Below, in pieces: positions 31,814 to 41,022 of a stretch of 64,000 bases of DNA. How positions within the stretch are numbered: the first letter of the stretch is position 1; every line of letters starts with the position of its first letter. Under the pieces are notes generated by a model. That model was not told the origin of the DNA and did no database searches. It worked only from the letters and a program-made list of their open reading frames with translations. A program made the translations under genes and the position numbers. Source of the DNA: an uncultured Collinsella sp. (lineage in GTDB: Bacteria; Actinomycetota; Coriobacteriia; Coriobacteriales; Coriobacteriaceae). Location of the stretch: NCBI GenBank assembly GCA_900762355.1, contig CAAFGE010000018.1, positions 20,030-84,029 on the forward strand, written 5' to 3'.

Positions 31814-31925
31814 GATACTTCCCCTTCCATGCGCTTACGCGCACGACCGTGGTAACGAATCGACCCGCCGGATGCGGGCCGTGAGGGAACTATACGGCGG
31901 GTTTTGGACAGGCTTGAGCAGAGGG

Positions 31926-31973
31926 TGCGCGGTTTGGTAAACGTGCTAAAACCGGCGGTAAACGGTAGGTAAA
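31926..31973. repeat. three direct GGTAAA(C/G)G repeats plus an inverted GGTAACC, 110-160 bp upstream of ppdK
   Basis: Read in sequence: ggtaaacg (31926), ggtaaacgg (31947), ggtaaagg (31958), tggttacc (31966). Confidence 0.3.
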
Positions 31974-32082
31974 GGTGGTTACCTTATGAAGATACCACTA
32001 CAAGGAAAGTGCAGGTCGGATGCGATGTTTTTGCTAAATCGCTTTACCATTTATCAGCATTATTTCCAAGTATTCTCTTCGG

Positions 32083-32143
32083 TTAGCTAAAAGAGCCCCG
32101 TCCCAAATTAGCTACCCAAACAACCTTGTCCCAAGTGAGCTAC
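32083..32143. repeat. tandem ~26-bp units, each TAGCTA palindrome + (C/T)GTCCCAA(A/G), overlapping the stop of the PDRP gene
   Basis: TTAGCTAAaagagcCCCGTCCCAAA / TTAGCTACccaaacaaccTTGTCCCAAG / TGAGCTAC. Confidence 0.35.
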
Positions 32144-33015
32144 TTTTGTTGAACGCAACGGGCGGCACGGCGGGCTCTTGCCTCTTGAATCTCTTCGAGG
32201 TGAGCAATGATCTCGGCAGCGCTTTCCTCGATGGCTTTGCCGTCGGTACGCACAACAAAGCAGCCTAAGCGCTTCATGAGGGCACGAGCTTCCTCAAGCT
32301 CGCCGCGCACGCTCTCGGGCTCGGCATAGGAGCCGGCAACGGCACGGGCGTAGTCATCGCCCAAGCGGCTATCGCGAATCTCGGAAATCACATCGACGGT
32401 CGAAATCAAGCCGAACAGGCGCATCGGGTCAACCTCGTAAATCGACTTGGGCGGCTCCATGCCATGCGCCAACGGAACATTGGCGACCTTGTAGCCCTGA
32501 TAGGCTAAATACATCGACAGCGGCGTCTTGGATGTACGCGACACACCCAGCAGCACGATATCGGCACCCGACAGATCGTCACAACCACGACCGTCATCGT
32601 GCTCAACGAAATACTCCATGGCCTCGATACGATGGAAATACCGATCGTCGGTCTTGTGAATCACGCCCGCAACGCCTTTGGGCGGCACACCGATGAGCGA
32701 CGACAATACGGCGAGCGTCGGACCGATCAGGTCGACCGAGCGAATGTGCAGCATGCCCAAATAATCGAGCACGCGGGCGCGAAGCGCCGGATCGACGATG
32801 GTGTGGAACACGGCGATATCGCGATGGTCGGCATCGACGCGCGGCCCCACAAATGACTTGACCTGCTCCACGGAGGTCACCTTAGGCAGGCGCAAAACGC
32901 GAAAAGCCCCTACATCAAATTGCCCGGACGCCGCAAGCACCACCTCACAAGCGGTATCGCCGAGCGAGTCGGAGATAACGATAACGGTGGGACGAGCGGT
33001 GACCGGGCAATCCAT
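32140..33015 (-). CDS. pyruvate, phosphate dikinase regulatory protein (PDRP, DUF299 kinase/phosphotransferase)
   Basis: 291 aa; P-loop GVSRTSKTP and PDRP-family architecture; sits next to ppdK as expected. Confidence 0.85.
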   Translation of the reverse strand: MDCPVTARPTVIVISDSLGDTACEVVLAASGQFDVGAFRVLRLPKVTSVEQVKSFVGPRVDADHRDIAVFHTIVDPALRARVLDYLGMLHIRSVDLIGPTLAVLSSLIGVPPKGVAGVIHKTDDRYFHRIEAMEYFVEHDDGRGCDDLSGADIVLLGVSRTSKTPLSMYLAYQGYKVANVPLAHGMEPPKSIYEVDPMRLFGLISTVDVISEIRDSRLGDDYARAVAGSYAEPESVRGELEEARALMKRLGCFVVRTDGKAIEESAAEIIAHLEEIQEARARRAARCVQQK

Positions 33016-33049
33016 GCGGGGCTCCTTTTGCGCTTATGCGCAGGCTGGC

Positions 33050-35146
33050 TTACTTTTTGCGGGCAAGCTCACCGATGTTGGCAATGCCGGAGAAAACGGC
33101 CTCGAAGCGGTTGAGCAGCTTAAGGCGATTATCGCGAAGCTGCTCGTCTTTGTCCATGACCATGACCTCATCGAAGAAACGGTCGATGGGCGCGCGCAGG
33201 GCGGCGAGGGCGGCAAATGCGGCCGGGTAGTCCTCGACAGCAAGGGCGGCATCGACAGCGGTCTGAGCGGCCTCGGAGGCGTCGGCGAGCGCGAGCTCGA
33301 CCTCGCCCATCAGGCTGCGGTCATACTCCGCACCAAGCTCAGGCTTGGAGATATGCGCGGCGCGGGCATAGGCGGTCGCCAGGTTGTCGAACGTCTCAGC
33401 GTCGTTCTTGCGGGCCTCGTCGAGGGCGGCGCAGCGGGCGAAGAAGACGGACGGGGCGATAATGTGCACCGCGGAGACGGCGGCAACGGTATCGGCCGGG
33501 ATCTTTTCGTCGCGGGCCATGCTCACCAGGCGGCCATGGAAGAAGTCACGAACCTGCTGGGCGACCTCGGCGGCGTCGAACTCAATGCCCTGCTCGCTAT
33601 AGAGCTCGAGCGCAAAGTCGATGAGCGACGTGGGATCGATCGGCAGACGGTCGCGCAGGATGTTGATGATACCGATAGCGGCACGACGCAGCGCGTAGGG
33701 ATCGGAGGAGCCAGTCGGGGGCTCGCCGATGGCAAAGATACCGGCGATGGTATCAAGCTTGTCGGCGCAGGCCACGATGCAGCCAGCGGTGCCCTCAGGC
33801 AGCTCGTCACCGGCAAAACGGGGACGATAGTGATCGCGAATGGCGTGGGCGACCTCGTCGTTCTCCCCCATCGCGGTGGCGTAGTAACCGCCCATCACGC
33901 CCTGCTGACTCGTGAACTCGACGACGGCGTTGGACACCAGGTCGGCCTTGCACAGGTGCGCGGCGCGAGCAGCGTCGGCGGCAAGATGGGCGCCCAGATG
34001 AGCCTCGCGGGCAATAGCGAGCGCGAGCTGCTCGATGCGCTCGGACTTGGCGAGCACGCTGCCGAGCTTCTCCTGGAAGGCAACCTTGGCCAGACGCTCG
34101 CGGAACTCGTCGAGGGAGATCTTCAGGTCCTCCTCGTAGAAGAACTTAGCGTCGTCTAGACGGGCGCGCACGACGCGCTCGTTGCCGTCGATCACGCGCT
34201 CGGCATTCTCGGGCTTGCTGTTGGAGACGACCACGAACTCACGCGTGAGCTTGCCCTCGCCGTCATAGATCGGGAAGTAGCGCTGGTTGGTGAGCATGGA
34301 CTCGCAGATAATCTCGTGCGGGACCTTGAGGAACTCCTCGTCGAAAGTACCGACGAGCACCGTCGGCCACTCGCAGAGGTTGATGACCTCCTCAAAGACC
34401 TTCTTAGGCGTATCGACATGGCAGCCGGGACGGGCAGCCTCGACCTCGGCGATACCGGCGAGAATCGCCTCGCGACGACGCTCAGCAGAGAGCACGCCGG
34501 CGCCCTCGAGCACCTGCTCGTAGACGGCGGGGCTGGCGACAACGTGGTCACCAGGGCCAAGTACGCGATGACCACGCGTGGTGTTGCCACTCGTCACGTC
34601 GGCAAACGACACGGGAACAACATCCTCGCCCAAAAGGCAGCAGATCCAACGGACCGGACGAACAAAGGTCGCGTGCTCGTGGCCCCAGCGCTGGCTGCGG
34701 TAGTTGGGCCACTGCAGGCCGGCAATAGTCTTCTCGCACAGAGCGGTCAGAATCGGCGTAGCCGGTGCGGAGGGAATGTTCTTCTCGGCGAACACATACT
34801 CGCGACCGTCAGTGTCCTCGCGTCGAACCAGGTCCTCGGCAGCCACACCGCACTTGCGGGCGAAGCCCTGGGCGGCCTTGGTGGCGTTGCCGTCGGCATC
34901 GAAGGCAATGTTTGCCGCGGGACCGCGCTTGACCTCATGGACCTCATCGGTCGCAGTGGCGACATCGGCCACGAGCGCAGCCAGACGACGCGGGCTCGAG
35001 ATCACGCGGACCTCGCCATGGGCCAGACCGGCCTCGTCGAGGCCCTTGGCGATCATGGTGCCAAGCTGCTTGACGGCATTGTTCAACGGTGCGGAGGGCA
35101 TTTCCTCCGTACCAATCTCAAACAGGAAATCCTTAGCGTCTGCCAT
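33050..35146 (-). CDS. glyS: glycine--tRNA ligase beta subunit
   Basis: 698 aa; full-length GlyS similarity. Confidence 0.95.
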   Translation of the reverse strand: MADAKDFLFEIGTEEMPSAPLNNAVKQLGTMIAKGLDEAGLAHGEVRVISSPRRLAALVADVATATDEVHEVKRGPAANIAFDADGNATKAAQGFARKCGVAAEDLVRREDTDGREYVFAEKNIPSAPATPILTALCEKTIAGLQWPNYRSQRWGHEHATFVRPVRWICCLLGEDVVPVSFADVTSGNTTRGHRVLGPGDHVVASPAVYEQVLEGAGVLSAERRREAILAGIAEVEAARPGCHVDTPKKVFEEVINLCEWPTVLVGTFDEEFLKVPHEIICESMLTNQRYFPIYDGEGKLTREFVVVSNSKPENAERVIDGNERVVRARLDDAKFFYEEDLKISLDEFRERLAKVAFQEKLGSVLAKSERIEQLALAIAREAHLGAHLAADAARAAHLCKADLVSNAVVEFTSQQGVMGGYYATAMGENDEVAHAIRDHYRPRFAGDELPEGTAGCIVACADKLDTIAGIFAIGEPPTGSSDPYALRRAAIGIINILRDRLPIDPTSLIDFALELYSEQGIEFDAAEVAQQVRDFFHGRLVSMARDEKIPADTVAAVSAVHIIAPSVFFARCAALDEARKNDAETFDNLATAYARAAHISKPELGAEYDRSLMGEVELALADASEAAQTAVDAALAVEDYPAAFAALAALRAPIDRFFDEVMVMDKDEQLRDNRLKLLNRFEAVFSGIANIGELARKK

Positions 35147-35149
35147 GGC

Positions 35150-36061
35150 TTACGCCACCTCGCCTTCCTGGTCGGCATTCTCGTTGACTCCGGCGACCTC
35201 GGCCATGTAGGCCTCGCAGCACGCCTTGGCGACGGCGCGGACGCGCAGGATGTAGTTGGCACGCTCGACCGCGGATAGGGCACCGCGGGCATCGAGCAGG
35301 TTGAAGGCGTGGCTGCACTTCATGACACAGTCGTACGCCGGCAGCGGCAGCTTTCGCTCCAGGCAGGAATGGCACTCGGCCTCGTAGTCGTCAAACTTCT
35401 GACGCATCATCTCGACGTTGGCGACCTCAAAGTTATAAGCACTGAACTCGCGCTCATTCTCCAAGAACACGTCGCCGTAGGTCATGGGCGTGCCGTCGGG
35501 CAGGTAGCTCCACACCAGGTCGTAGACGGAGTTGACGCCCTGGGCATACATGGCGATACGCTCCAGGCCGTAGGTGATCTCGACGGGCACGGGGTCGACC
35601 TCGATGCCGCCCACCTGCTGGAAGTACGTAAACTGCGTGACCTCCATGCCGTTGAGCCAAACCTCCCAGCCAAGGCCCCAGGCGCCCAGGGTCGGGCTCT
35701 CCCAGTCGTCCTCGACAAAGCGGACGTCATGGTCGTTGGGGTCCAGGCCAATGGCGGCCAGCGAACCCAGGTAGAGCTCCTGGGCGTTGACCGGCGAGGG
35801 CTTGATGAGCACCTGGAACTGATAGTAGTGCTGCATGCGGTTGGGGTTCTCGCCGTAGCGGCCGTCGGCGGGACGGCGGCAAGGCTGCGCATAGCAGGTG
35901 CGCCACTCGGCGGGACCGAGCGAGCGCAGCGTGGTCGCGGTATGGAAGGTACCGGCACCGACCTCGGAGTCATAAGGCTGCATAATGACGCAGCCCTGCT
36001 CGCCCCAGTACTGCTGGAGGCGCAGGATGATGTCTTGGAAGGAAAGCGATGAAGCGTTCAT
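35150..36061 (-). CDS. glyQ: glycine--tRNA ligase alpha subunit
   Basis: 303 aa; [18 protein letters not shown]-terminus typical of GlyQ. Confidence 0.95.
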   Translation of the reverse strand: MNASSLSFQDIILRLQQYWGEQGCVIMQPYDSEVGAGTFHTATTLRSLGPAEWRTCYAQPCRRPADGRYGENPNRMQHYYQFQVLIKPSPVNAQELYLGSLAAIGLDPNDHDVRFVEDDWESPTLGAWGLGWEVWLNGMEVTQFTYFQQVGGIEVDPVPVEITYGLERIAMYAQGVNSVYDLVWSYLPDGTPMTYGDVFLENEREFSAYNFEVANVEMMRQKFDDYEAECHSCLERKLPLPAYDCVMKCSHAFNLLDARGALSAVERANYILRVRAVAKACCEAYMAEVAGVNENADQEGEVA

Positions 36062-36120
36062 GCCTCTAATATCCCCTCGTCGAAACGATTACACGGTTAG
36101 GTACTGTACTATAGCGGTTT

Positions 36121-36690
36121 TTAGTCGATAGCGCCGATGCGGTTGAGCGGCCAGTAGCGAACGAGTGCCACGGCCATTAAATCGGAGCGGTCGACCGGCC
36201 CAAAATAGCGAGAGTCGGCAGAGTTTTCGCGGTTGTCGCCCATCACCCACACGCACCCGTCGGGAACGGTGTAGGGATAGCTTACCTGAGCGCCGGGCGC
36301 TTGGACCGAAAGCGGCCAGCTCATGCCCGCCGTATAGTCCTCGTCGAGCGCTTGGCCGTCAACGACCACCTTGCCGTCCTGCAGGTCAACCGTCTGGCCG
36401 GCCGTGGCAATTACGCGCTTGACAAGAACATCATGCTCGGAGGTGCCATCGGGGTTGTGAAACACCACGATATCGCCCTGCTTGACGGGCTGACCGAGCT
36501 CGAGGCTCACCTTTTGCGCCAGGATCTGGTCGCCAATCTCGATTGTGTCCTCCATAGAGCCGGTGGGCACCACAAAGGGCTCGACCACAAAGGTGCGGAT
36601 CAGGAAGGTGGCCACAAGCGCGATCGCGATGACCGCGATCCACTCAAAAGCGCCCCTCAACGCGGAATGCTGCGATGGAACCATTCTCAC
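36121..36690 (-). CDS. lepB: signal peptidase I
   Basis: N-terminal TM, SM catalytic Ser motif (PTGSMEDTI), and GDNRENSADSR box. Confidence 0.85.
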   Translation of the reverse strand: MRMVPSQHSALRGAFEWIAVIAIALVATFLIRTFVVEPFVVPTGSMEDTIEIGDQILAQKVSLELGQPVKQGDIVVFHNPDGTSEHDVLVKRVIATAGQTVDLQDGKVVVDGQALDEDYTAGMSWPLSVQAPGAQVSYPYTVPDGCVWVMGDNRENSADSRYFGPVDRSDLMAVALVRYWPLNRIGAID

Positions 36691-37445
36691 TCCTCGCTCT
36701 GCGAATACGAAGCGTCCAGAATCTCCTGCGCGTATGCGCGCTCCTGGGGCGTAAGCCGTGCCGTCTCGATCAGGTCGGGACGCCAGCGGCAGGTGCGCTC
36801 GATGGCATTCTTACGGCGCCAGGCGTCAACCTTGGCATGGTCACCGCTCACGAGCACCGGCGGCACGCCCTCGCCGTTGAATTCAGCAGGGCGAGTGTAC
36901 TGCGCATACTCGAGCAGGCCTCCGTCCTCGGCGGTCGAGAACGACTCGTCGACGTTGCTCATCTCGTCACCAAGGGCGCCGGGAATCAGGCGTACGACAG
37001 CATCGGCAACGACCATAGCGGGAAGCTCGCCGCCCGTGAGCACGTAATCGCCGATCGACAGGCGCTCGTCGGCATACGCATAGGCACGCTCGTCGACACC
37101 CTCGTAACGGCTGCACACAAACAGCAAGCGCTCGCTTTTGAGCAGGCGCTCGGCCACATGCTGTGTAAAGGGCTCGCCACAGGGGGTAAAAAACACCACG
37201 GTGGGCTTAGGACCCTCGGAGCTAATAGCCTCGATGGCCTCGGCAATAGGCTCGACCTTCATGAGCATGCCCTGCCCGCCGCCGTACGGCTCGTCATCGA
37301 CGGTACGATGGCGGTCGTGCGTCCAGTCGCGCAGGTTATACGCCTTAAAATCAAAAAGGCCGGCCTTGCGGGCGCGGCCCAAAATCGATGTGGACATGAC
37401 GGGCTCAAACATCTCGGGAAAGACCGAAAGGGTCTCAATCAGCAT
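36687..37445 (-). CDS. trmD: tRNA (guanine37-N1)-methyltransferase
   Basis: 252 aa; SPOUT-fold TrmD similarity. Confidence 0.95.
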   Translation of the reverse strand: MLIETLSVFPEMFEPVMSTSILGRARKAGLFDFKAYNLRDWTHDRHRTVDDEPYGGGQGMLMKVEPIAEAIEAISSEGPKPTVVFFTPCGEPFTQHVAERLLKSERLLFVCSRYEGVDERAYAYADERLSIGDYVLTGGELPAMVVADAVVRLIPGALGDEMSNVDESFSTAEDGGLLEYAQYTRPAEFNGEGVPPVLVSGDHAKVDAWRRKNAIERTCRWRPDLIETARLTPQERAYAQEILDASYSQSEE

Positions 37446-37455
37446 GTTGTCCTCC

Positions 37456-37977
37456 CTACTTGTCCATATCGATCAGGCCGTCCATAACGTGGACGGAAAT
37501 TGTTCCTGTGTCGGGAAGATCGAGCACAACCTGCTCGATCACGGGAATCAGTACCTCGCCGTACCGATCACCCTCGACAACCCAAACATCGTTAGCGGGC
37601 GTCGACATGATCTCGACGATCGTGCCGAGTGAACCGAAGCGCTCGTCGACCACCTCGCGACCCATCAGGTCGGTATAGGCGGCGTCGAGTGAATCGAGCT
37701 CAAAATCGTCACGATTTGCCAACACATAGCATCCCGTGATGCCCTCGGCGGCCGTCAAGTCGTCAATGCCCTCAAACAAGACCAGATCGCCATCGCCCGT
37801 ATCGGTGACGGACACGACCGTGCAAAAGCGGTCGCGCTTGAGCGCCGGCGGCGTCAGGGCGACGCGCATACCCGGCTCTAATACAGAAGGAAGCCCCCGC
37901 AGCGGCTGCGCGAGGACCTCCCCCTTCCTTCCGTGCGGCTTGACCACACGGGCGATGTTTTTGTACTGGGACCTCAA
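37456..37977 (-). CDS. rimM: 16S rRNA processing protein RimM
   Basis: 173 aa; RimM N-terminal barrel and PRC domain. Confidence 0.9.
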   Translation of the reverse strand: MRSQYKNIARVVKPHGRKGEVLAQPLRGLPSVLEPGMRVALTPPALKRDRFCTVVSVTDTGDGDLVLFEGIDDLTAAEGITGCYVLANRDDFELDSLDAAYTDLMGREVVDERFGSLGTIVEIMSTPANDVWVVEGDRYGEVLIPVIEQVVLDLPDTGTISVHVMDGLIDMDK

Positions 37978-37981
37978 GGTC

Positions 37982-38227
37982 CTAGCCCAGAACCTCTACC
38001 TCGACAGCAGTGTCGAGGCGAGCGGCCAGTGCACGGGCGAGCGTGCGAATGGCCTTGATGGTACGGCCACGACGGCCGATGACCTTAGCAACGTCATCCT
38101 CGGCGACAGAAACCTCAATCGTAGAGGCGTCATCACCATCAATGACCTCAAGGCTCACGGAATCCGGGTCGTCGACGATCTGAACAACGAGATATTCGAC
38201 GAGATCGGCGATGCGATCTGAGAGCAT
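37982..38227 (-). CDS. KH-domain RNA-binding protein (YlqC/UPF0109 family)
   Basis: 81 aa from ATG 38227 matches YlqC length and the KH GxxG motif (VIGRRGRTIKAIR). The ORF track allows a GTG at 38266. Confidence 0.7.
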   Translation of the reverse strand: MLSDRIADLVEYLVVQIVDDPDSVSLEVIDGDDASTIEVSVAEDDVAKVIGRRGRTIKAIRTLARALAARLDTAVEVEVLG

Positions 38228-38269
38228 TGCCTCACCCTCGAGCTGTGCAGCGTCAACCTCAGGCACGAT

Positions 38270-38611
38270 TTACTCCTCGGCACCCTCAGCGGCCTCAGCG
38301 GCAGCCTTAGCTGCCTCGGCCTCTTTGGCGAGCTGCTTCTTGGACTTCTTGACGACGGTCTCGGTCTTCTCGCCCTCGTTGGCGGCCTTGACCAGAGCGG
38401 CGACGGCGTCGGTGAGCTGAGCGCCCTTGGACTGCCAGTCGGCGATCTTCTCGAGGTCGAGGTTGATGGTCTTGGGGGCGGTCATCGGGTTGTAGCGGCC
38501 AACCTCCTCGATGATACGACCGTCACGCGGGGCGCGGGAATCGGCGACGACGACACGGTAGTACGGACGCTTCTTAGCGCCGTGACGAGCAAGGCGAATC
38601 TTGACTGCCAA
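38270..38611 (-). CDS. rpsP: 30S ribosomal protein S16 with Ala/Lys/Glu-rich C-terminal extension
   Basis: [38 protein letters not shown]...; TTG start at 38611 with GGAGGAG 7 nt upstream. The ORF-track N-terminal extension is rejected. Confidence 0.9.
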   Translation of the reverse strand: MAVKIRLARHGAKKRPYYRVVVADSRAPRDGRIIEEVGRYNPMTAPKTINLDLEKIADWQSKGAQLTDAVAALVKAANEGEKTETVVKKSKKQLAKEAEAAKAAAEAAEGAEE

Positions 38612-38851
38612 AGGAAACTCCTCCAACCAAGCAGCTTTAGGCTGCAACTACAAACAAACAGTTGAACATAATACGCCATCGACGCGGGCAGGTGAAGTCC
38701 GTGAGACCAACTTCTTCGGTGTAGTCGAGGGCAAATCCATATCTTAGACAAGAATTCGGGATTTGCAAGCACATACACGCACCCCACATGAGCTGCGCGG
38801 TATACTCATGACATGGAAAGACGCGAACATACATACGGTTATAAGGATGCC

Positions 38852-40066
38852 ATGGGCGTCACGCCACCTCCCTGGACGGGTCCGGCGGTGGGCCTCATGG
38901 ACCTCGATGCGTTTTTTGCGAGCGTGGAGATGCTCGATCATCCCGAATGGCGCGGAAAGCCGCTCATCGTGGGCGGAGACGCCGATTCGCGTGGCGTCGT
39001 GTCCACGTGTTCGTATGAGGCACGTCGCTTTGGCGTGCGCTCTGCCATGGCCTCGGCCGAGGCGCGGCGCTTGTGCCCGCAAGCCATTTGGACGCACGGG
39101 CACTTTGATCGCTACCGCGAGGTGAGCGCGCAGGTCATGGCTATTCTTGCCGAGGAGACGCCGCGCGTTGAGCGCGTATCCATCGACGAAGCCTTTATCG
39201 ATATCACACCGGGTCGCTTTGCGCCCGAGGACCCACTGCTGGTTGCACGGCGTATAAGCGACCGTGTGGCAGCGCTGGGAGTGACGTGCTCCATTGGCGT
39301 GGGCTGCAACAAGACGGTCGCAAAGATCGCAAGCGAGCGGGATAAGCCGTTTGGGCTGACCATCGTGCGCCCCGGAACCGAGCAGCGCTTTTTGGCCGCG
39401 CTGCCGGTATCTGCCATGAGCGGCATCGGGCGCTCGGCCGAGGAGCGACTGCGCCGTATGCGCATCTACACGCTCGGCGAGCTGTCACGCGCGCCGGAAT
39501 CCACCTTGGCCTCTATTTTTGGCGTCAACGGCGAACGTATGCGTCAGCGTGCGCTGGGACTTGAAATCTCCGAAGTCACGAGTCTCGATGAAGAGCGCAA
39601 GATCAAGTCGGTCAGCAATGAACGCACCTTTGCGAAAGATTTGACTGAGCGCGGGGACATCGAAGCGGCGATTGCGCTGCTGGGTGAGTCGGTTGGACGC
39701 CGCCTGCGCCGTCAGGGACTGACGGGCGGCACGGTAACGCTCAAGCTTAAGTATTCGTATGGCAGCGGGCGTACGGCACAGCGCCGGCTGCCTCATCCGA
39801 CCGACGATGAGAACATCTTCGTGGCGGTTGCACTCGAACTGCTCGACAACATCTGGCAGGAAGGCATGCATGTTCGCTTAGCGGGCATCGGCATGAGCGA
39901 CTTCGACCACCAAGGCGGCATCCAGACCGACCTGTTCTGCGAAGTCGACGACCGCGGAGCCCAATCAAGCGACCGTCGCGACCTCTCGGTCGCTATCGAC
40001 GCCGTCCGAGACAAGTTCGGCGACACCGCCCTATCTTTCGGCCGCCAATCCCGCTTCAACGATTAA
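38852..40066 (+). CDS. dinB: DNA polymerase IV (Y-family)
   Basis: MDLDAFFASVE...ARRFGVRSAM...SIDEAF Y-family palm motifs; ATG at 38852 chosen from ribosome-binding-site context. Confidence 0.85.
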   Translation: MGVTPPPWTGPAVGLMDLDAFFASVEMLDHPEWRGKPLIVGGDADSRGVVSTCSYEARRFGVRSAMASAEARRLCPQAIWTHGHFDRYREVSAQVMAILAEETPRVERVSIDEAFIDITPGRFAPEDPLLVARRISDRVAALGVTCSIGVGCNKTVAKIASERDKPFGLTIVRPGTEQRFLAALPVSAMSGIGRSAEERLRRMRIYTLGELSRAPESTLASIFGVNGERMRQRALGLEISEVTSLDEERKIKSVSNERTFAKDLTERGDIEAAIALLGESVGRRLRRQGLTGGTVTLKLKYSYGSGRTAQRRLPHPTDDENIFVAVALELLDNIWQEGMHVRLAGIGMSDFDHQGGIQTDLFCEVDDRGAQSSDRRDLSVAIDAVRDKFGDTALSFGRQSRFND

Positions 40067-40101
40067 CCGCCTTTAGGCAAAAAGAAAGCCGGGCAGCTGC
40101 G

Positions 40102-40136
40102 AATGATTATTCTAGGACGGGGATTTTTTAATCATT
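40102..40136. repeat. left 35-bp palindromic terminal repeat of the transposase element (AATGATTATT-CTAGGACGGGGA-TTTTTTAATCATT)
   Basis: Inverted copy of the 40988..41022 repeat (about 29/35 identity); internally a stem AATGATTA/TAATCATT with an asymmetric loop. Confidence 0.5.
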
Positions 40137-40143
40137 TGGAGCG

Positions 40144-40884
40144 TCATTTCGCCCTTTGAATGATATTGGTCCCAATTCCCGTCAGACGCGAAATCTGGTC
40201 AATCGTAAACCCCCGATGCCTCAACACTGCCAGAAGACGATTTCGCTCTGATTTCGGCAAAGTTTTAAGCTGATAAGGCTCATGCGGAGCCAAAAGAGCC
40301 CGGGCAACTTCCAGCGCATCCATATCGGAGATATGCTTACCTTCGGGCATAAAATAGGGATTAGGCTTGCCGTCGGTACTCGAAAGATAAAACGCTTCCG
40401 TACCCCCAAACAGATTGAGAATACCTTCACAATCACAAATTTCGGGATGAGAGAAATACTCATGGAAGCTGCTCCAGCGATACAGAGGAGCAGAAGAAAT
40501 ACCTGCTTTTGCAGGATTATCGTGTATGTATCGGACGCAACGGAGCAGCTGTTTGTCGTCAGAAATGATCACACTCTTGAATCGTTCCTGGAACACCGGT
40601 CCGCGGCGGCCGGTTTTTTGATTGAAGTGTTTCGCATATGCCGTATCAATCGCATGCATAGCAACGCTCATCTGATTATCGAGATCATCAAATAGCAGGT
40701 GAACATGATTGTCCATGAGGCACCAGGCAAGAAGACGAATATGAGCGGACGTAAATCGTCTGTTCAATAGATTGAGAAAATAAAGGCGATCGTCATCGTC
40801 TTCGAAGATCAGCTGGCCAGCACAGCCCTTGAGCATGACGTGATAATGGCCGAGTTCGGACAACGCACGGGCAACACGAGTCAT
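40144..40884 (-). CDS. IS200-like Y1 (HUH) transposase, REP-associated tyrosine transposase (RAYT)-like, with C-terminal HTH
   Basis: YHVMLKGCAGQLIFEDDDDRLYFLNLL and HVHLLF (HuH) match Transposase_17/RAYT. C-terminal HTH-like LTGIGTNIIQRA. ATG at 40884 with GGGAGG 6 nt upstream. GC is lower than in neighbouring genes. Confidence 0.75.
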   Translation of the reverse strand: MTRVARALSELGHYHVMLKGCAGQLIFEDDDDRLYFLNLLNRRFTSAHIRLLAWCLMDNHVHLLFDDLDNQMSVAMHAIDTAYAKHFNQKTGRRGPVFQERFKSVIISDDKQLLRCVRYIHDNPAKAGISSAPLYRWSSFHEYFSHPEICDCEGILNLFGGTEAFYLSSTDGKPNPYFMPEGKHISDMDALEVARALLAPHEPYQLKTLPKSERNRLLAVLRHRGFTIDQISRLTGIGTNIIQRAK

Positions 40885-40987
40885 CGAAACCCTCCCTTCC
40901 AAGGATGCAGTAGTCACAGCATACAAAAGGAAAGGAAGAAAAGGGCCGAACCGCCCAACAAAGGTGAGCGGTTCGGCAAACGGTAGC

Positions 40988-41022
40988 AATGATTATTTTA
41001 TCCCCGTCCCAGAAAAATCATT
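40988..41022. repeat. right 35-bp palindromic terminal repeat (AATGATTATT-TTATCCCCGTCCCAG-AAAAATCATT)
   Basis: Core is the reverse complement of the left-repeat core; its last base overlaps the rsfS stop codon. Confidence 0.5.

Larger units (their letters stand above)
40102..41022 (-). mobile_element. REPtron-like unit: RAYT/IS200-like transposase gene bracketed by inverted palindromic repeats
   Basis: Architecture (Y1 transposase plus flanking inverted hairpin repeats, no obvious target-site duplication) and lower GC, sitting in a housekeeping gap between convergent dinB and rsfS. Confidence 0.55.

Noticed and set aside
40885-40989. Longer transposase ORF starting at 40989
   Set aside because: The extension would run through the right terminal repeat and encodes a hydrophobic junk peptide. 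ATG 40884 has a GGGAGG ribosome-binding site, and the RAYT homology begins there.
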